A program made the translations under genes and the position numbers. Below are positions 59,447 through 64,000 of a stretch of DNA of 64,000 bases, piece by piece. Under the pieces are notes generated by a model. It was not told the origin of the DNA, did not search any database, and was given only the letters and a program-made list of their open reading frames with translations. How positions within the stretch are numbered: position 1 is the first letter of the stretch; each line of letters opens with the position of its first letter. The stretch spans positions 608,001 to 672,000 of the forward strand of contig CBDBHB010000007.1 of the NCBI GenBank assembly GCA_965205505.1, read 5' to 3'. The DNA comes from Acidobacteriota bacterium (GTDB lineage: Bacteria > Acidobacteriota > UBA890 > WLXD01).

Positions 59447-60096
59447 CTCTGCTCCAGTTCGTCGAGCCGCTTGCGCAGCGTACTCACCTCGCCGGTGAGC
59501 GCATCGAGCACTCTGGCGACGGGATCGGGAACGTCTGCGCCCGGCATTCCATAGGCGCGGAAGGCTGGCTCCTGGACCCGGCTCTGCATCGCTCGGGCGG
59601 GCACGCCCGCTACAGTCACCCCTGGAGGGACCTCCTTCAGTACCACCGCGTTGGCCGCAATCCGCGCCCCCGCGCCCACCGTGAAGGGCCCCAACACCTT
59701 GGCGCCGGCGCCGACGATGACGCCGTCCTCCAGCGTCGGGTGGCGTTTCTCGGGCGCCAGCGTGACACCCCCGAGCGTAACGCCCTGATACAGGGTCACG
59801 TCATCGCCGATGATGGTGGTCTCGCCGATCACGCATCCGACGCCGTGATCAATGAACAGGCGGCGGCCAAGCTGAGCACCGGGGTGGATCTCGATGCTGG
59901 TGAGGAAGCGGCCCAGATGCGACACCAGCCGCCCGAGGAAGCAGAGACCCTTGCGGTCGAACAGATTGGCGAGCCGGTGGATCAAGACAGCGTGGAAGCC
60001 CGGGTAGGCGAACAGCACCGTGAGACGCGAGCAGGCGGCCGGATCGCGCACCATGATGGAATCGATATCGTCTCGAATGGCACGAAACAACTTCAC
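59443..60096 (-). CDS. cysE: Serine O-acetyltransferase
   Basis: RDPA, YPG.HA, IEIHPGA, FIDHG, QGVTLGG, KRHPT, GAGAKVLG. Confidence 0.95.
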   Translation of the reverse strand: MKLFRAIRDDIDSIMVRDPAACSRLTVLFAYPGFHAVLIHRLANLFDRKGLCFLGRLVSHLGRFLTSIEIHPGAQLGRRLFIDHGVGCVIGETTIIGDDVTLYQGVTLGGVTLAPEKRHPTLEDGVIVGAGAKVLGPFTVGAGARIAANAVVLKEVPPGVTVAGVPARAMQSRVQEPAFRAYGMPGADVPDPVARVLDALTGEVSTLRKRLDELEQR

Positions 60097-60264
60097 TCCG
60101 GATCTCCCAGTCGGTCGCCGATCGCCATCGAACGGGTCGGTTCGGGATCCGCCGCGGCGGCGGCTCGAGATCATTGTAGGCTGCGGCGGCGGCGCTATGT
60201 CGGCCGGTGCGCACCGCGCGCACGCGTGCGCCGCGTAGCGGCGACGTCTTGCTGATCCTTCGAC

Positions 60265-62241
60265 TCAGTCGCAGGCGCTGCAGTCGTTGTTGTTGATGCC
60301 GCCCAGGCTCTCCAGCAGCCCGACCGTGTCGGGATAAGGCTGCACTCGCTGGTGCGGGCTGTTGGCCATGTCGACCGTCGTCTGACCCTTGCGGCTCACC
60401 ACCATGATGTCGGCCCCCTGAGAAACCAGATACTCGACGAGCCCGTTGTCGCCTCGCGCTGCGGCGTTGTGCAAGGCTGAGTACCCAGCGTGATCCCGGA
60501 GGTTGACGTCGATCCCGAGCTCCTCGATGAGATACTTCGCTGCCGGAATCCAGCCGTCGGGTACGTAGCGATGCTGCTGTCCGACCCGCGAGGTTCCGTA
60601 GCCCACGCCGGTGGCAGCGTGCAGCGGGTGGACCGCCGGCCCGCCGACGAGCACCGGAGGCAGGCCCGACTTGTCCTCGTCTTCCTCTTCCTCCGCCGCT
60701 TGCTGTGCGCCCGAGCGGCCGGCGCCGTCAGACCGACGACGGCGCTCCGCCGGCTTCTTCGTGCGAATGTTCGGATCCGCGCCCGCTGCCACGAGCATGC
60801 GCATGACGCCAACGTCCAGCGAGTACGCAGCGCGCCAGAAAGGCGTTGCGCCGGCGAAGTCCACTCCCATGCGGCCGGCGTTGTATGCGGCGTACCAGAC
60901 ATGTGTACTGACACGCGCATCGGGGTCGGCGCCGGCACTCAACAACGCGCCCATCAGCTCGACGTACGAGGTCTCCTGCTGCTTGGAGGCCGTCGGCTGC
61001 GGGTACCAGGTACGCAACGCCCATTCGTTGTTGATCGTCGCGAAGAGCGGCCCTACGCCGTCCTCGCTGACCAGGTTGGGATCGGCTCCGACGCCGAGCA
61101 GCATCATAGCGAGGTCGAAATTGCCGTTGATGATGGCCACCAACAGTGGCGTCGAGACGTCGCCAACAGTCGTCTGATTGACGTCGGCTCCGGCCTCGAG
61201 CAGGCGAGAGACCACATCGCTGCGGCCGTCGCGCGTCGCGTAGTGTAGCGCCGTCATGCCACCCTGAGCGCCCACCAGGTCGGTGTATGAGGGTGGCTCC
61301 GGATCTTCCGGCTTGTCGGGTTCCTCCGGCTGCACGGTGTCAGGTTGCTCAGGGTGAGCCGGCTCCGGATCTGCGGCGGTCGTCGGCGAATCCGGATCTT
61401 CCAGCTCGGGGACCGTCGTCGGATGATCGGGCTCGTCCGGGTCGGGACCACTCGGGACTGTCGTCGGATGATCGGGCTCGTCCGGATCCTGAACGTCTGG
61501 CGCCGGCGACGCGGTATCGGGCTCGTCCGGAACGGCGGCCGCGTCGGGCTCTTCGGCTTCCTCGGCTTCTTCGGGCTCTTTGGCAGCCTCGATGAGGCGC
61601 TCCCGGCGGCGACGCTGCGCCGCGTCCACCTCCGCACGCTCGCGGTAGTCGACGACACGGGTGGCCAGGGTGACGTCGGCGCCGGCGGCGAGCAAGGTCT
61701 CGACCGCCGTGGTTCGGCCCTTGGCGGTGGCAAAGATGAGCGGCGTACGATCGGCACGCGTGTCCCTCGCATTGACATCGGCCCCATGCTCGAGCAGGGC
61801 TCGAATGGCCTCGGTGCTGCCCGACTGGGCGGCGAGGTGGATGGCGCCCACACCCGTCGAAGTGAGGGTCTCGGGACGGCTGCCAGCCTCGAGCAACGCC
61901 GCTACGGCCAGCGCGCGCCCTTCGCGGCTGGCCAAGTGCAGCGGCGTGTAGCTACCCAGGCGCGTCGTCGGCTCTACCACCGCACCGGCGTAAATCAGCA
62001 CGCCGATAAGGTCGGTGTCGTCGTTCATCGCGGCCCAGTGCAACGCCGTCATGCCATCGCCGCGCGGCGCGTTCACGTCCGCGCCCGCGCGCAGGAGCGA
62101 GCGAACCGTATCGGCATCGCCGCGCATGGCCGCGTCGGCGACGAGCGCCTCGGCGGGTGGGCCGGCCGGTAGTGCTGCTGCCGCGGAGAGGGCCGGCAAG
62201 GCCAGAGCGCCGAGGGCGACAACGATCAGTCGGTTACGCAT
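60265..62241 (-). CDS. Secreted ankyrin-repeat protein
   Basis: Many G.TALH.AA/TPL repeats; acidic Pro-rich insert; C-terminal CSAC. Confidence 0.92.
   Translation of the reverse strand: MRNRLIVVALGALALPALSAAAALPAGPPAEALVADAAMRGDADTVRSLLRAGADVNAPRGDGMTALHWAAMNDDTDLIGVLIYAGAVVEPTTRLGSYTPLHLASREGRALAVAALLEAGSRPETLTSTGVGAIHLAAQSGSTEAIRALLEHGADVNARDTRADRTPLIFATAKGRTTAVETLLAAGADVTLATRVVDYRERAEVDAAQRRRRERLIEAAKEPEEAEEAEEPDAAAVPDEPDTASPAPDVQDPDEPDHPTTVPSGPDPDEPDHPTTVPELEDPDSPTTAADPEPAHPEQPDTVQPEEPDKPEDPEPPSYTDLVGAQGGMTALHYATRDGRSDVVSRLLEAGADVNQTTVGDVSTPLLVAIINGNFDLAMMLLGVGADPNLVSEDGVGPLFATINNEWALRTWYPQPTASKQQETSYVELMGALLSAGADPDARVSTHVWYAAYNAGRMGVDFAGATPFWRAAYSLDVGVMRMLVAAGADPNIRTKKPAERRRRSDGAGRSGAQQAAEEEEDEDKSGLPPVLVGGPAVHPLHAATGVGYGTSRVGQQHRYVPDGWIPAAKYLIEELGIDVNLRDHAGYSALHNAAARGDNGLVEYLVSQGADIMVVSRKGQTTVDMANSPHQRVQPYPDTVGLLESLGGINNNDCSACD
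61409..61485. repeat. Two ~32-bp direct repeats encoding PDEPDHPTTVP
   Basis: 61409-61440 and 61454-61485, within the ankyrin linker. Confidence 0.8.
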
Positions 62242-62264
62242 CGGTCACCTCGAGCACGTGTTCT

Positions 62265-63671
62265 TCAGGAGCGCCCCGTAGCGGCCTCGGCGGCGAAGGA
62301 GAACTCGCCGGTACTGTCGCCGAAGCTCTCCAGGTCCGACAGGCCGAGCTTGTTCAACAGGGTCAGCATGACGTTCGCCATCGGCGTGCCTTCTGCGGCG
62401 GCGACGTGCACGCCACCATCCAGCTCGCCGTTGGCACCGCCCAGAAGAATCAGCGGACATCGCCGGTGGTTGTGGAGATTGCTATCGGCCATCGGCGACC
62501 CGTACACGATCAGCGTGTTGTCGAGCAGGTTGCCGTCGCCATCGGCGGTCTCCTGCAGCTTCTGCAGGAAGTAGGGCAGCATGCCGACGTGGTACTCGTT
62601 GATCTTGGCGTAGTCCTTTATCCGGTCCTCGCGACCGCCGTGGTGCGACGCCACGTGGAATCCTTTCTCCACGCCGCTGTCTGGGTAAACCCGGCCCGAA
62701 CCGTCGCGCCCCAGCTTGAGCGAGAACACCCGGGTAATGTCCGAAGAAAAAGCCAGCACCTGCAGATCGAACATCAGCTTGACGTGCTCTTCGAACGAAT
62801 TCGGCACGCCGGCCGGTGCCTCCGGTAGCTCGCGCCGCTCGCCGCTCGTGTTACGTGCCTCGATGCGCTGGATACGCTGCTCGATCTCGCGGATGCTGTC
62901 GACGTAGCGGTCGAGCCGATGCCGGTCGTCGGGGCCGATCTCACGCCGGAGCCCGGCCATCTCCTCGATCACCCAGTCGAGGATGCTGCGATCGGCCCGA
63001 CGACGTGCGGATCGCTGCTCCGGAGTACCACCGGCGCCGAACATCTGCTCGAAAGCGGCGCGCGGATCGCGCACCATCGGCAACGGCTGCGACGGCGACG
63101 CCCAGGAGATCGTGTCGGTATATACGCAGGCATAGCCGTAGGCACATCCACCCGCCTGGTCGACGTTCTCGATGCAAAGCTGCATCGATGGAATGGGCGT
63201 GTCTTGTCCGAAGCGCTGCACGTACAGCTGGTCCATTGAGGTGCCGATGTAGACATCCGACCCTTCCGTGAGCTTCGGATGAGCCTGCGTCAGGAAGACC
63301 GCGCTCGAGCGAAAGTGGTCGCCGCCGATCTCCTCGGGATTCAGGGCATCGGCCATCCTGGCATCGGTGTTGCTGACGATCGTGAGGTAGTCCTGGAACG
63401 GGGTCAGCGGCTTGAGGCTGCCAGGGCTCAGGTCGAAGCCACGACCCACCTTCGCCGGCGCCCAGAGGTTGAGCGACTCGCCGATCTCATTGCAGCCCGC
63501 CGCGCCGTGCACCTGCTCGATACAGACCAGGCGCGTGTGCCCGCCGCCGGCTGTGGTCTCGGCCAGCAGCGCGCCAGCGGGGACCATGGCGTCGAGGAGA
63601 GGCACGCTGACGCTCGCGCCCAGCCCCCGGAGAACCATGCGACGGGATATGTGCTTCTTGGTGAGATACAT
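62265..63671 (-). CDS. DUF1552 family protein (Tat-like signal)
   Basis: ISRRMVLRGLG...PLLDAM.PA, SMDQ, GYACVY..TISW, D.TRV, H..SHH. Confidence 0.9.
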   Translation of the reverse strand: MYLTKKHISRRMVLRGLGASVSVPLLDAMVPAGALLAETTAGGGHTRLVCIEQVHGAAGCNEIGESLNLWAPAKVGRGFDLSPGSLKPLTPFQDYLTIVSNTDARMADALNPEEIGGDHFRSSAVFLTQAHPKLTEGSDVYIGTSMDQLYVQRFGQDTPIPSMQLCIENVDQAGGCAYGYACVYTDTISWASPSQPLPMVRDPRAAFEQMFGAGGTPEQRSARRRADRSILDWVIEEMAGLRREIGPDDRHRLDRYVDSIREIEQRIQRIEARNTSGERRELPEAPAGVPNSFEEHVKLMFDLQVLAFSSDITRVFSLKLGRDGSGRVYPDSGVEKGFHVASHHGGREDRIKDYAKINEYHVGMLPYFLQKLQETADGDGNLLDNTLIVYGSPMADSNLHNHRRCPLILLGGANGELDGGVHVAAAEGTPMANVMLTLLNKLGLSDLESFGDSTGEFSFAAEAATGRS

Positions 63672-63680
63672 CGCTGGCCT

Positions 63681-64000
63681 CTACTCGATTCCGTCGGCCG
63701 TTGCGGCCCGCGTTCTACTCATCAGAAACGCCGTGCTCTTGGCGACGCCCATTACGAAGGACGACATCGGGTACCTGTCCTTTTCCGCCTCGCGAACGAT
63801 CTGCCGGATCGCAGGCATATCGTTATACTCTACCCGGCGGCCGAGAGCATAGGCCATCAGACTCTCCGTGAAAAATGTGACGAACACGTCCGAGCGGCTC
63901 AGCAATGCCTCGCGCAGATCGCTGGGACCATTGATCGGCGTCCCATCGTAGAGCTGGCCGGAGGCATCGACGGGGACGCCCCGGTCGCGAATGCGCCAGG
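63681..64000 (-). CDS. DUF1585/DUF1588/DUF1592 (PSCyt-associated) protein, C-terminal part
   Basis: DASG.L.DG.PI.GP..LR, FTESLMAYALGR.VEY.DMP.IR.I; lies upstream of DUF1552. Confidence 0.82.
   Translation of the reverse strand, partial: WRIRDRGVPVDASGQLYDGTPINGPSDLREALLSRSDVFVTFFTESLMAYALGRRVEYNDMPAIRQIVREAEKDRYPMSSFVMGVAKSTAFLMSRTRAATADGIE

Overview
This is a GC-rich bacterial window, probably from Acidobacteriota. That placement is an inference from two ADOP-type duplicated ABC permeases, a VWFA-type Ig/vWA protein, a wHTH-PD40 sensor and a DUF1585/DUF1552/ankyrin cluster. It behaves as an eroding accessory mosaic. I found no rRNA, tRNA or CRISPR array. Intact modules: a cytochrome c/copper-monooxygenase + PQQ dehydrogenase operon, a lipoprotein ureohydrolase, a vWA + ~1070-aa unknown pair, an SBP56/ferredoxin/CoA-binding operon, secreted hydrolases, an ATPase-less metal uptake cluster, ECF sigma modules, comDE-like genes, cysE-cysK and DUF1552-ankyrin. 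Mobile and decayed material: one complete IS3 (26596-27968, CAA target duplication) sitting in a signal peptide, IS6/IS3/integrase remnants, a toxin-antitoxin-rich islet (28.2-32.5 kb) and many truncated, fused or nonsense-mutated genes. Two unexplained signals stand out. (i) A 25-42 bp motif ending ...CACACTTTCACCACGGCCTGCTAG recurs at module boundaries, often supplies a gene's stop codon, and flanks one gene in inverted orientation. (ii) There are four pieces of one secreted NIDO-like/zincin-like gene family whose HExxH motif reads HAVGH. All product calls come from motif recognition by eye; no database search was run.
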